Shown here in pieces: positions 22,653 to 32,000 of a DNA stretch of 32,000 bases (position 1 is its first letter; each line of letters opens with the position of its first letter). The notes below the pieces were generated by a model. That model saw only the letters and a list, made by a program, of their open reading frames with translations. It made no database searches and was not told where the DNA came from. Made by a program: the position numbers and the translations under genes. The DNA lies in assembly GCF_054902295.1 (NCBI RefSeq), contig NZ_CM142761.1; one strand, 5' to 3'.

Positions 22653-23549
22653 ATGGCAGCAATCGCGTTTATCGGTTTAGGACAAATGGGTTCGCCAATG
22701 GCGAGCAATTTATTGCAGCAAGGGCATCAACTTCGCGTCTTTGATGTGAACGCCGAAGCTGTGCGGCATCTGGTAGACAAAGGTGCGACTCCCGCCGCCA
22801 ACCCGGCGCAGGCCGCTAAAGATGCCGAATTTATCATTACCATGTTGCCGAATGGCGATCTGGTGCGCAACGTGTTGTTCGGTGAAAACGGCGTTTGCGA
22901 AGGCTTATCTACCGATGCGCTGGTCATTGATATGTCCACCATCCATCCGCTGCAAACCGATAAATTGATTGCCGATATGCAAGCCAAAGGCTTCAGCATG
23001 ATGGATGTTCCGGTAGGCCGTACTTCTGCAAATGCCATTACCGGTACTCTGTTACTGCTGGCTGGCGGCACCGCTGAACAAGTTGAACGTGCCACACCGA
23101 TCCTGATGGCGATGGGCAGTGAGTTGATCAACGCTGGCGGTCCGGGCATGGGGATCCGCGTTAAGCTCATCAACAACTACATGAGCATCGCGCTCAATGC
23201 GCTTTCGGCAGAAGCCGCCGTTTTGTGCGAAGCCCTGAATCTTCCCTTCGATGTTGCCGTCAAAGTGATGAGCGGTACCGCCGCCGGTAAAGGTCACTTC
23301 ACCACTTCCTGGCCAAACAAAGTCCTCAGCGGAGATCTTTCTCCCGCCTTCATGATCGATCTTGCCCATAAGGATCTTGGCATCGCCCTTGATGTCGCCA
23401 ACCAGCTGCATGTGCCAATGCCGCTGGGGGCCGCCTCACGGGAGGTTTATAGCCAGGCGCGCGCAGCGGGTCGCGGTCGCCAGGACTGGTCCGCCATTCT
23501 GGAACAGGTCCGTGTCAGTGCCGGGATGACTGCCAAAGTAAAAATGTAA
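22653..23549 (+). CDS. yihU: 3-sulfolactaldehyde reductase (beta-hydroxyacid dehydrogenase family)
   Basis: [18 protein letters not shown] Rossmann motif; 298 aa; divergent from yihV. Confidence 0.95.
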   Translation: MAAIAFIGLGQMGSPMASNLLQQGHQLRVFDVNAEAVRHLVDKGATPAANPAQAAKDAEFIITMLPNGDLVRNVLFGENGVCEGLSTDALVIDMSTIHPLQTDKLIADMQAKGFSMMDVPVGRTSANAITGTLLLLAGGTAEQVERATPILMAMGSELINAGGPGMGIRVKLINNYMSIALNALSAEAAVLCEALNLPFDVAVKVMSGTAAGKGHFTTSWPNKVLSGDLSPAFMIDLAHKDLGIALDVANQLHVPMPLGAASREVYSQARAAGRGRQDWSAILEQVRVSAGMTAKVKM

Positions 23550-23572
23550 CGACTGGATAAAGGAATAAATGA

Positions 23573-24451
23573 ATGAATAAGTACACCATCAACGACATTA
23601 CGCGCGCATCGGGCGGTTTTGCCATGCTGGCGGTCGATCAGCGCGAAGCCATGCGCATGATGTTTGCCGCGGCTGGGGCACCCGCTCCGGTAGCCGATAG
23701 CGTTTTAACTGATTTCAAAGTTAACGCTGCAAAGGCCCTCTCGCCTTATGCCTCGGCGATTCTGGTAGATCAACAATTCTGCTACCGCCAGGTGGTTGAG
23801 CAAAACGCGATTGCCAAAAGTTGCGCCATGATTGTCGCCGCCGATGAGTTCATTCCTGGCAACGGTATTCCGGTCGATAGCGTGGTTATTGACCGCAAAA
23901 TCAATCCGCTACAGATCAAACAAGACGGTGGCAAAGCCTTAAAACTGCTGGTGCTGTGGCGTAGTGATGAAGATGCGCAGCAACGTCTGGATATGGTGAA
24001 AGAGTTCAACGAACTGTGCCACTCACACGGTCTGGTAAGCATCATTGAGCCAGTCGTCCGCCCACCGCGTCGTGGCGATAAATTCGATCGCGAACAAGCG
24101 ATCATCGATGCCGCCAAAGAGCTGGGCGACAGTGGCGCTGACCTCTACAAAGTTGAAATGCCGCTTTATGGCAAAGGTCCGCAACAAGAGCTTCTCTGTG
24201 CTTCACAACGTCTGAATGACCATATCAATATGCCATGGGTGATCCTCTCTTCCGGTGTCGACGAAAAACTGTTCCCGCGTGCCGTACGCGTGGCAATGAC
24301 GGCGGGCGCATCGGGATTCCTGGCAGGCCGTGCAGTCTGGGCATCGGTCGTCGGTTTACCAGACAACGAACTGATGCTGCGTGACGTTTGCGCACCGAAA
24401 TTACAACAACTTGGCGATATCGTCGACGAAATGATGGCTAAACGCCGCTAA
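23573..24451 (+). CDS. yihT: 6-deoxy-6-sulfofructose-1-phosphate aldolase
   Basis: 292 aa class I aldolase-like, recognised YihT. Confidence 0.95.
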   Translation: MNKYTINDITRASGGFAMLAVDQREAMRMMFAAAGAPAPVADSVLTDFKVNAAKALSPYASAILVDQQFCYRQVVEQNAIAKSCAMIVAADEFIPGNGIPVDSVVIDRKINPLQIKQDGGKALKLLVLWRSDEDAQQRLDMVKEFNELCHSHGLVSIIEPVVRPPRRGDKFDREQAIIDAAKELGDSGADLYKVEMPLYGKGPQQELLCASQRLNDHINMPWVILSSGVDEKLFPRAVRVAMTAGASGFLAGRAVWASVVGLPDNELMLRDVCAPKLQQLGDIVDEMMAKRR

Positions 24452-24467
24452 GATGAGGATAAAAGGA

Positions 24468-25709
24468 ATGAAATGGTTTAACACCCTAAGCCACAACCGT
24501 TGGCTGGAACAGGAAACCGACCGCATCTTTGATTTTGGTAAAAATTCAGTAGTGCCGACTGGTTTTGGCTGGTTAGGCAATAAAGGGCAAATCAAAGAAG
24601 AGATGGGCACCCATCTGTGGATCACCGCTCGTATGTTACACGTTTATTCCGTTGCTGCGGCGATGGGTCGACCTGGCGCTTACTCGTTGGTTGATCACGG
24701 TATCAAAGCCATGAACGGCGCACTGCGTGATAAAAAATATGGCGGCTGGTATGCCTGCGTGAATGACGAGGGCGTGGTGGATGCCTCCAAACAGGGCTAT
24801 CAACACTTCTTTGCTCTGCTGGGTGCCGCCAGCGCCGTCACAACGGGTCACCCGGAAGCGCGCAAGCTGCTCGATTACACCATTGAAATTATCGAGAAAT
24901 ATTTCTGGAGCGAAGAAGAGCAGATGTGCCTGGAATCCTGGGACGAAGCCTTCAGCAAAACCGAAGAGTACCGCGGCGGCAATGCCAATATGCACGCGGT
25001 GGAAGCTTTCTTGATTGTTTATGACGTCACTCACGACAAAAAATGGCTGGATCGCGCGATTCGCGTGGCTTCCGTGATTATCCACGACGTCGCCAGAAAT
25101 AATCATTATCGCGTTAACGAACACTTCGATACCCAGTGGAATCCGCTGCCGGATTACAACAAAGATAACCCGGCGCATCGCTTCCGCGCGTTCGGAGGTA
25201 CACCAGGCCACTGGATCGAATGGGGCCGTTTAATGCTGCACATCCATGCTGCCCTGGAAGCCCGTTGCGAACAACCACCAGCATGGCTGCTAGAAGATGC
25301 CAAAGGTCTGTTTAACGCCACCGTGCGCGATGCCTGGGCACCCGATGGCGCGGACGGGATTGTTTATACCGTTGACTGGGAAGGAAAACCGGTGGTCCGC
25401 GAACGTGTACGTTGGCCTATCGTCGAAGCAATGGGTACGGCCTACGCGCTCTACACCGTCACTGGCGATCGCCAGTATGAAACCTGGTATCAAACATGGT
25501 GGGAGTACTGCATTAAGTACCTGATGGACTATGAAAATGGTTCCTGGTGGCAGGAGCTGGATGCGGACAATAAGGTCACCACCAAAGTCTGGGACGGCAA
25601 ACAGGATATTTATCACCTGCTGCATTGCCTGGTGATCCCGCGTATCCCGTTAGCGCCCGGCATGGCTCCAGCGGTTGCAGCGGGTCTGCTGGATATTAAT
25701 GCGAAATAA
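24468..25709 (+). CDS. yihS: Sulfoquinovose/aldose-ketose isomerase (AGE-like)
   Basis: [25 protein letters not shown]...; 413 aa from internal ATG. Confidence 0.94.
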   Translation: MKWFNTLSHNRWLEQETDRIFDFGKNSVVPTGFGWLGNKGQIKEEMGTHLWITARMLHVYSVAAAMGRPGAYSLVDHGIKAMNGALRDKKYGGWYACVNDEGVVDASKQGYQHFFALLGAASAVTTGHPEARKLLDYTIEIIEKYFWSEEEQMCLESWDEAFSKTEEYRGGNANMHAVEAFLIVYDVTHDKKWLDRAIRVASVIIHDVARNNHYRVNEHFDTQWNPLPDYNKDNPAHRFRAFGGTPGHWIEWGRLMLHIHAALEARCEQPPAWLLEDAKGLFNATVRDAWAPDGADGIVYTVDWEGKPVVRERVRWPIVEAMGTAYALYTVTGDRQYETWYQTWWEYCIKYLMDYENGSWWQELDADNKVTTKVWDGKQDIYHLLHCLVIPRIPLAPGMAPAVAAGLLDINAK

Positions 25710-25730
25710 CTGATCTGAAAATAGGGTGCG

Positions 25731-25778
25731 GGTTTTCCCCTCACCCTAACCCTCTCCCCAAAGGGGCGAGGGGACCGT
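25731..25778. repeat. boxC-like GC-rich repeat (CCCTCACCCTAACCCTCTCCCCAAAGGGGCGAGGGGAC) between yihS and yihR
   Basis: Recognisable dispersed E. coli intergenic repeat with the CCCTCTCCCC/GGGGCGAGGGG stem. Confidence 0.7.
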
Positions 25779-25822
25779 CCGGTGCAGTTTTTGGGTTTGA
25801 CATCAGCCTCACGGGAGGCTGT

Positions 25823-26749
25823 ATGTCGTTAATTAAGGTGCCTTGTATGCAAATCACCAATATGCATTGCAGTGGACAGACCGTTTCACTTGCCGCGGGG
25901 GATTATCACGCGACCATTGTGACCGTCGGTGCTGGTCTGGCTGAATTAACCTTTCAGGGTTGTCATTTAGTCATCCCGCACAAACCCGAAGAGATGCCGC
26001 TGGCGCATCTGGGTAAAGTGCTTATTCCGTGGCCGAACCGGATCGCCAACGGCTGTTACCGCTATCAGGGGCAGGAATATCAGTTACCCATTAATGAACA
26101 TAGTTCAAAAGCCGCTATTCACGGGCTGCTTGCCTGGCGAGACTGGCAAATTAGTGAATTAACCGCCACCAGCGTTACCCTGACAGCTTTTCTGCCGCCC
26201 AGTTACGGCTATCCGTTTATGCTGGCTTCACAAGTTGTTTATTCGCTCAACGCACACACGGGTCTTTCCGTTGAGATCGCAAGCCAGAATATCGGCACTG
26301 TCGCAGCGCCTTATGGCGTGGGTATTCATACTTATTTAACCTGCAACTTAACATCTGTTGATGAATATCTGTTCCAGCTTCCGGCAAACCAGGTTTATGC
26401 CGTTGATGAACACGTAAATCCGACAACGCTTCACCACGTTGATGAGCTGGATTTAAATTTCACGCAGGCGAAAACAATAGCCGCGACAAAAATCGACCAC
26501 ACCTTTAAAACCGCTAATGATCTGTGGGAAATAACCATTACCCATCCACAACAGGCGCTTTCGGTTAGCCTTTGTTGCGATCAACCCTGGGTACAAATTT
26601 ATAGCGGTGAAAAATTACAGCGTCAGGGACTGGCAGTTGAACCTATGAGTTGCCCGCCTAACGCCTTTAATTCAGGTATCGACTTATTATTACTGGAACC
26701 AGGAAAACCGCACCGCCTGTTTTTTAACATTTACGGACAGAGAAAATAA
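25823..26749 (+). CDS. yihR: Aldose-1-epimerase-like sulfoquinovose mutarotase candidate
   Basis: 308 aa galactose mutarotase-like fold sequence, recognised YihR. Confidence 0.93.
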   Translation: MSLIKVPCMQITNMHCSGQTVSLAAGDYHATIVTVGAGLAELTFQGCHLVIPHKPEEMPLAHLGKVLIPWPNRIANGCYRYQGQEYQLPINEHSSKAAIHGLLAWRDWQISELTATSVTLTAFLPPSYGYPFMLASQVVYSLNAHTGLSVEIASQNIGTVAAPYGVGIHTYLTCNLTSVDEYLFQLPANQVYAVDEHVNPTTLHHVDELDLNFTQAKTIAATKIDHTFKTANDLWEITITHPQQALSVSLCCDQPWVQIYSGEKLQRQGLAVEPMSCPPNAFNSGIDLLLLEPGKPHRLFFNIYGQRK

Positions 26750-26947
26750 CTTGTATTGATTAGCAGTCAAAATCACTGAAGAACATTTCACTCGCTAAAG
26801 GCAACATTATGTATCTTCAATTTATTAAGTTAAAAACAGCTCAGCTTCTGTAAAGTTTTTATATATCAGTTTTATGAGAATCATTTTACATAAGCCTGTA
26901 ATAACAGGAAGGCAACAATCTCGTTCTCAACTCTATGGAGATTAGTT

Positions 26948-28984
26948 ATGGATACGCCACGTCCACAGTTATTAGATTTTCAATTTCATCAGAATAACGA
27001 CAGTTTTACCCTACATTTTCAACAACGTCTTATTTTAACCCATAGCAAAGATAATCCTTGTTTATGGATTGGCTCAGGTATAGCGGATATCGATATGTTC
27101 CGCGGTAATTTCAGCATTAAAGATAAACTACAGGAGAAAATTGCGCTTACCGACGCCATCGTCAGCCAGTCACCGGATGGTTGGTTAATTCATTTCAGCC
27201 GTGGTTCTGACATTAGCGCCACGCTGAATATCTCTGCCGACGATCAGGGCCGTTTATTGCTGGAACTACAAAACGACAACCTTAACCACAACCGTATCTG
27301 GCTGCGCCTTGCCGCTCAACCAGAGGACCATATCTACGGCTGCGGCGAACAGTTTTCCTACTTCGATCTGCGTGGCAAACCGTTCCCGCTATGGACCAGT
27401 GAACAAGGCGTTGGTCGCAACAAACAAACCTATGTCACCTGGCAGGCCGACTGCAAAGAAAATGCGGGCGGCGACTATTACTGGACTTTCTTCCCACAGC
27501 CTACGTTTGTCAGCACGCAGAAGTATTACTGCCATGTTGATAACAGTTGCTATATGAACTTCGACTTTAGTGCCCCGGAATACCATGAACTGGCGCTGTG
27601 GGAAGACAAAGCAACGCTGCGTTTTGAATGTGCTGACACATACATTTCCCTGCTGGAAAAATTAACCGCCCTGCTGGGACGCCAGCCAGAACTGCCCGAC
27701 TGGATTTATGACGGAGTAACGCTCGGCATTCAGGGCGGGACGGAAGTGTGCCAGAAGAAACTGGACACCATGCGTAACGCGGGCGTGAAGGTCAACGGCA
27801 TCTGGGCGCAGGACTGGTCCGGTATTCGTATGACCTCTTTTGGCAAACGCGTGATGTGGAACTGGAAGTGGAACAGCGAAAACTACCCGCAACTGGATTC
27901 ACGCATTAAGCAGTGGAATCAGGAGGGCGTGCAGTTCCTGGCCTATATCAACCCGTATGTTGCCAGCGATAAAGATCTCTGCGAAGAAGCGGCACAACAC
28001 GGCTATCTGGCAAAAGATGCCTCTGGCGGTGACTATCTGGTGGAGTTTGGCGAGTTTTACGGCGGCGTTGTCGATCTCACTAATTCAGAAGCCTACGCCT
28101 GGTTCAAGGAAGTGATCAAAAAGAACATGATTGAACTCGGCTGCGGCGGCTGGATGGCTGACTTCGGCGAGTATCTGCCCACCGACACGTACCTGCATAA
28201 CGGCGTCAGTGCCGAAATTATGCATAACGCCTGGCCTGCGCTGTGGGCGAAGTGTAACTACGAAGCCCTTGAAGAAACGGGCAAGCTCGGCGAGATCCTT
28301 TTCTTTATGCGCGCCGGTTCTACCGGTAGCCAGAAATACTCCACCATGATGTGGGCGGGCGACCAGAACGTCGACTGGAGTCTCGACGATGGCCTGGCGT
28401 CGGTTGTCCCGGCGGCGCTGTCGCTGGCAATGACCGGACATGGCCTGCACCACAGCGACATTGGCGGTTACACCACCCTGTTTGAGATGAAGCGCAGCAA
28501 AGAGCTGCTGCTGCGCTGGTGCGATTTCAGCGCCTTCACGCCGATGATGCGCACCCACGAAGGTAACCGTCCTGGCGACAACTGGCAGTTTGACGGCGAC
28601 GCAGAAACCATCGCCCATTTCGCCCGTATGACCACCGTCTTCACCACCCTGAAACCTTACCTGAAAGAGGCCGTCGCGCTGAATGCGAAGTCCGGCCTGC
28701 CGGTTATGCGCCCGCTGTTCCTGCATTACGAAGACGATGCGCACACTTACACCCTGAAATATCAGTACCTGTTAGGTCGCGACATTCTGGTCGCTCCGGT
28801 GCATGAAGAAGGCCGTAGCGACTGGACGCTCTATCTGCCGGAGGATAACTGGGTCCACGCCTGGACGGGTGAAGCGTTCCGGGGCGGGGAAGTTACCGTT
28901 AATGCGCCCATCGGCAAGCCGCCGGTCTTTTATCGCGCCGATAGCGAATGGGCGGCACTGTTCGCGTCGTTAAAAAGCATCTAA
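26948..28984 (+). CDS. yihQ: Sulfoquinovosidase (GH31)
   Basis: 678 aa; GH31 signature WMADFGEYLPTD; recognised YihQ. Confidence 0.96.
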   Translation: MDTPRPQLLDFQFHQNNDSFTLHFQQRLILTHSKDNPCLWIGSGIADIDMFRGNFSIKDKLQEKIALTDAIVSQSPDGWLIHFSRGSDISATLNISADDQGRLLLELQNDNLNHNRIWLRLAAQPEDHIYGCGEQFSYFDLRGKPFPLWTSEQGVGRNKQTYVTWQADCKENAGGDYYWTFFPQPTFVSTQKYYCHVDNSCYMNFDFSAPEYHELALWEDKATLRFECADTYISLLEKLTALLGRQPELPDWIYDGVTLGIQGGTEVCQKKLDTMRNAGVKVNGIWAQDWSGIRMTSFGKRVMWNWKWNSENYPQLDSRIKQWNQEGVQFLAYINPYVASDKDLCEEAAQHGYLAKDASGGDYLVEFGEFYGGVVDLTNSEAYAWFKEVIKKNMIELGCGGWMADFGEYLPTDTYLHNGVSAEIMHNAWPALWAKCNYEALEETGKLGEILFFMRAGSTGSQKYSTMMWAGDQNVDWSLDDGLASVVPAALSLAMTGHGLHHSDIGGYTTLFEMKRSKELLLRWCDFSAFTPMMRTHEGNRPGDNWQFDGDAETIAHFARMTTVFTTLKPYLKEAVALNAKSGLPVMRPLFLHYEDDAHTYTLKYQYLLGRDILVAPVHEEGRSDWTLYLPEDNWVHAWTGEAFRGGEVTVNAPIGKPPVFYRADSEWAALFASLKSI

Positions 28985-29029
28985 TCACATCCGCCCGTGG
29001 GGAAACTCATGGGCAAAGGGAGAACATCG

Positions 29030-30415
29030 ATGAGTCACATCACAACGGAAGATCCAGCAACTTTACGCCTGCCCTTTAAAGAGAAACTCTCTTACGGTAT
29101 TGGCGACCTGGCCTCTAACATCCTGCTGGATATCGGTACGCTTTATCTTTTGAAGTTTTATACCGACGTTCTGGGGCTGCCAGGCACCTATGGCGGCATT
29201 ATCTTTTTGATTTCAAAATTCTTTACTGCGTTTACCGATATGGGTACCGGCATTATGTTGGATTCCCGACGCAAGATCGGTCCAAAAGGTAAGTTCCGTC
29301 CTTTTATTCTGTATGCGTCATTCCCGGTCACCTTACTGGCGATCGCCAACTTTGTCGGCACACCGTTTGATGTCACCGGTAAAACGGTGATGGCCACTAT
29401 TCTGTTTATGCTTTACGGACTGTTTTTCAGCATGATGAACTGCTCCTACGGCGCAATGGTTCCCGCTATCACCAAAAACCCCAACGAACGCGCCTCACTG
29501 GCGGCATGGCGTCAGGGCGGCGCTACGCTGGGCCTGCTGCTGTGCACGGTGGGATTCGTGCCAGTTATGAATCTTATCGAAGGTAATCAGCAACTTGGCT
29601 ATATCTTCGCCGCCACGCTGTTTTCACTGTTTGGCCTGCTGTTTATGTGGATCTGCTACTCGGGCGTGAAAGAGCGTTATGTCGAAACCCAGCCTGCTAA
29701 TCCGGCGCAAAAGCCGGGCCTGCTGCAATCTTTCCGCGCAATTGCGGGTAACCGCCCGCTGTTCATTCTGTGCATTGCCAACCTCTGCACTTTAGGGGCG
29801 TTTAACGTCAAGCTCGCCATCCAGGTCTATTACACCCAGTACGTGCTTAACGATCCCATCCTGTTGTCGTATATGGGATTTTTCAGCATGGGCTGTATTT
29901 TCATCGGCGTATTCCTGATGCCTGCCTCAGTCAGACGTTTTGGCAAGAAGAAAGTTTATATCGGCGGCCTGCTGATTTGGGTGCTGGGCGATCTGCTCAA
30001 CTATTTCTTCGGCGGCGGTTCGGTCAGCTTCGTGGCGTTCTCCTGCCTGGCGTTCTTTGGCTCAGCGTTTGTTAACAGCCTGAACTGGGCGCTGGTTTCC
30101 GACACCGTCGAGTACGGCGAGTGGCGCACCGGCGTGCGTTCGGAAGGAACGGTCTACACCGGTTTTACCTTCTTTCGCAAAGTGTCTCAGGCGCTGGCTG
30201 GTTTCTTCCCCGGCTGGATGCTGACGCAAATTGGCTATGTGCCGAACGTCGCACAGGCTGACCACACCATTGAAGGGTTACGCCAGTTGATCTTCATCTA
30301 CCCAAGCGCACTGGCGGTAGTCACCATTGTGGCGATGGGTTGCTTCTACAGCCTGAACGAGAAGATGTATGTCCGCATTGTGGAAGAGATAGAAGCCCGT
30401 AAACGCACGGCGTAA
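29030..30415 (+). CDS. yihP: GPH-family cation symporter (sulfoquinovosylglycerol/DHPS-type transport)
   Basis: 461 aa from MSHITTEDPATLRLPFKEKLSYGIGDLASN; 12-TM GPH type. Confidence 0.93.
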   Translation: MSHITTEDPATLRLPFKEKLSYGIGDLASNILLDIGTLYLLKFYTDVLGLPGTYGGIIFLISKFFTAFTDMGTGIMLDSRRKIGPKGKFRPFILYASFPVTLLAIANFVGTPFDVTGKTVMATILFMLYGLFFSMMNCSYGAMVPAITKNPNERASLAAWRQGGATLGLLLCTVGFVPVMNLIEGNQQLGYIFAATLFSLFGLLFMWICYSGVKERYVETQPANPAQKPGLLQSFRAIAGNRPLFILCIANLCTLGAFNVKLAIQVYYTQYVLNDPILLSYMGFFSMGCIFIGVFLMPASVRRFGKKKVYIGGLLIWVLGDLLNYFFGGGSVSFVAFSCLAFFGSAFVNSLNWALVSDTVEYGEWRTGVRSEGTVYTGFTFFRKVSQALAGFFPGWMLTQIGYVPNVAQADHTIEGLRQLIFIYPSALAVVTIVAMGCFYSLNEKMYVRIVEEIEARKRTA

Positions 30416-30427
30416 TAATAATAAACG

Positions 30428-30443
30428 ACGCCCTGCGGGGCGT
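30428..30443 (+). terminator. Stem-loop ACGCCC-TGCG-GGGCGT between yihP and yihO
   Basis: 6-bp GC-rich stem, possible attenuator or processing hairpin. Confidence 0.4.
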
Positions 30444-30457
30444 TATAAGGAGTGATT

Positions 30458-31861
30458 ATGTCTGACCATAATCCACTGACATTAAAACTGAATCTGCGGG
30501 AAAAAATCGCCTATGGTATGGGCGACGTCGGTTCGAATTTAATGCTCTGCATCGGTACTCTGTATCTCCTCAAATTTTATACCGATGAATTAGGGATGCC
30601 TGCTTACTATGGCGGGATTATCTTTCTTGTGGCGAAGTTTTTTACCGCGTTTACCGATATGCTCACCGGATTTTTACTCGACTCGCGGAAAAATATTGGG
30701 CCTAAAGGCAAATTTCGTCCCTTTATTTTATATGCAGCGGTTCCGGCGGCGTTAATTGCAACGCTCCAGTTTATCGCCACCACCTTTTGTTTGCCGGTTA
30801 AAACGACGATTGCCACCGCGCTGTTTATGATGTTTGGACTTTCATACAGTCTGATGAACTGCTCGTATGGTGCGATGATCCCGGCAATTACCAAAAACCC
30901 GAATGAGCGCGCGCAGCTCGCGGCTTACCGCCAGGGTGGTGCAACCATAGGGCTATTGATTTGTACCGTGGCGTTTATTCCGTTGCAGTCGCTTTTTTCT
31001 GACTCAACCGTCGGTTATGCCTGTGCGGCACTTATGTTCTCCATTGGCGGCTTTATTTTTATGATGCTGTGCTACAGAGGCGTCAAAGAGCATTATGTGG
31101 ACACAGCGCCAACCGGACATAAAGCCAGTATTCTCAAATCTTTTTGCGCGATATTTCGTAATCCACCATTGCTGGTTTTATGCATTGCTAACCTGTGTAC
31201 TCTGGCGGCATTTAATATCAAACTGGCGATTCAGGTCTATTACACCCAGTATGTGCTGAATGATATTAATTTATTGTCGTGGATGGGATTCTTCAGTATG
31301 GGATGCATCCTCGTCGGCGTATTACTGGTGCCAGTAACTGTAAAATGTTTTGGTAAAAAACAGGTTTATTTAGCTGGCATGGTGCTATGGGCGGTGGGTG
31401 ATATACTGAATTATTTCTGGGGAAGTAACTCTTTCACTTTCGTCATGTTCTCTTGTGTCGCCTTTTTTGGCACGGCCTTTGTAAACAGCCTGAACTGGGC
31501 ACTGGTACCAGATACCGTAGATTACGGTGAATGGAAAACCGGTATTCGTGCCGAAGGTTCTGTTTATACCGGTTATACCTTCTTTCGTAAAATTTCTGCC
31601 GCACTTGCTGGCTTCTTGCCAGGCATTATGCTGACGCAAATTGGTTATGTTCCCAACATCGCGCAAAGCGATGCGACATTACAGGGTTTGCGTCAGCTCA
31701 TTTTTATCTGGCCTTGTGCACTGGCAATTATTGCTGCATTGACGATGGGATTCTTTTACACACTCAATGAAAAACGGTTTGCATTGATTATTGAGGAAAT
31801 CAACCAACGCAAAAATAAAGAGATGGCGACAGAAGAAAAAACGGCTTCCGTAACGTTATAA
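30458..31861 (+). CDS. yihO: GPH-family symporter (putative sulfoquinovose importer), paralogue of yihP
   Basis: 467 aa from MSDHNPLTLKLNLREKIAYGMGDVGSN; strongly similar throughout to yihP. Confidence 0.94.
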   Translation: MSDHNPLTLKLNLREKIAYGMGDVGSNLMLCIGTLYLLKFYTDELGMPAYYGGIIFLVAKFFTAFTDMLTGFLLDSRKNIGPKGKFRPFILYAAVPAALIATLQFIATTFCLPVKTTIATALFMMFGLSYSLMNCSYGAMIPAITKNPNERAQLAAYRQGGATIGLLICTVAFIPLQSLFSDSTVGYACAALMFSIGGFIFMMLCYRGVKEHYVDTAPTGHKASILKSFCAIFRNPPLLVLCIANLCTLAAFNIKLAIQVYYTQYVLNDINLLSWMGFFSMGCILVGVLLVPVTVKCFGKKQVYLAGMVLWAVGDILNYFWGSNSFTFVMFSCVAFFGTAFVNSLNWALVPDTVDYGEWKTGIRAEGSVYTGYTFFRKISAALAGFLPGIMLTQIGYVPNIAQSDATLQGLRQLIFIWPCALAIIAALTMGFFYTLNEKRFALIIEEINQRKNKEMATEEKTASVTL

Positions 31862-31928
31862 ATGTCAATAGCCGCTATTTCCATCCTGGTGGGTGGCGGC
31901 CTCCCTACGTTTAAAAAATGGACTTATT

Positions 31929-32000
31929 ATGAAAAAGATTAATGCAATAATTTTATTATCTTCTCTGACCTCTGCCTCGGTATTTGCTGGCGCATACGTC
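31929..32000 (+). CDS. ompL: Outer membrane porin OmpL, 3' truncated by window edge (signal peptide only)
   Basis: MKKINAIILLSSLTSASVFAGAYV signal peptide, synteny after yihO. Confidence 0.8.
   Translation, partial: MKKINAIILLSSLTSASVFAGAYV

Noticed and set aside
28085-28744. 219-aa ORF antisense to yihQ
   Set aside because: Shadow ORF opposite the GH31 catalytic region.

Overview
This is an Escherichia coli chromosomal window (inverted relative to the usual K-12 map), identified by recognising the protein sequences. Order: 3' part of rhaM; frvA-frvB-frvX-frvR (PTS plus M42 peptidase plus PRD regulator); yiiG; fdhD; fdoG (selenoprotein, in-frame TGA at 8153-8155 with a SECIS hairpin)-fdoH-fdoI-fdhE; an insertion element; yiiF; yiiE; a HigBA-like toxin-antitoxin pair; an alpha/beta hydrolase; fabY(yiiD)-dtd-yihY-yihX; the sulfoquinovose locus csqR(yihW)-yihV-yihU-yihT-yihS-yihR-yihQ-yihP-yihO; and the first 24 codons of ompL. 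The main signal is a complete IS110-family element (13297-14575, exactly 1279 bp) whose recombinase I recognise as IS621. It is inserted inside a REP hairpin. The 177 nt between its left end and the recombinase ATG (13313-13489) folds into consecutive stem-loops. Their loops carry short segments matching the target half-sites and the element's own ends. This is a bridge RNA: a bispecific guide RNA for DNA recombination. The right end (TTGCAG) and left end (TATTAT) would form a sigma70-like promoter with 17-bp spacing only in the excised circle, placed 6 nt upstream of the RNA start. The bridge RNA mechanism is published for IS621, so this copy is an instance of a known system. The insertion site, its imperfect right-guide match and the surrounding accessory region are specific to this window. 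Secondary signals: a tandem yiiF/yiiE duplication marked by a shared 22-bp upstream repeat with a third variant copy upstream of the toxin-antitoxin pair, a 30-codon sORF with a strong Shine-Dalgarno, and three identical AAAAAGTGAC motifs around the sulfoquinovose promoters.
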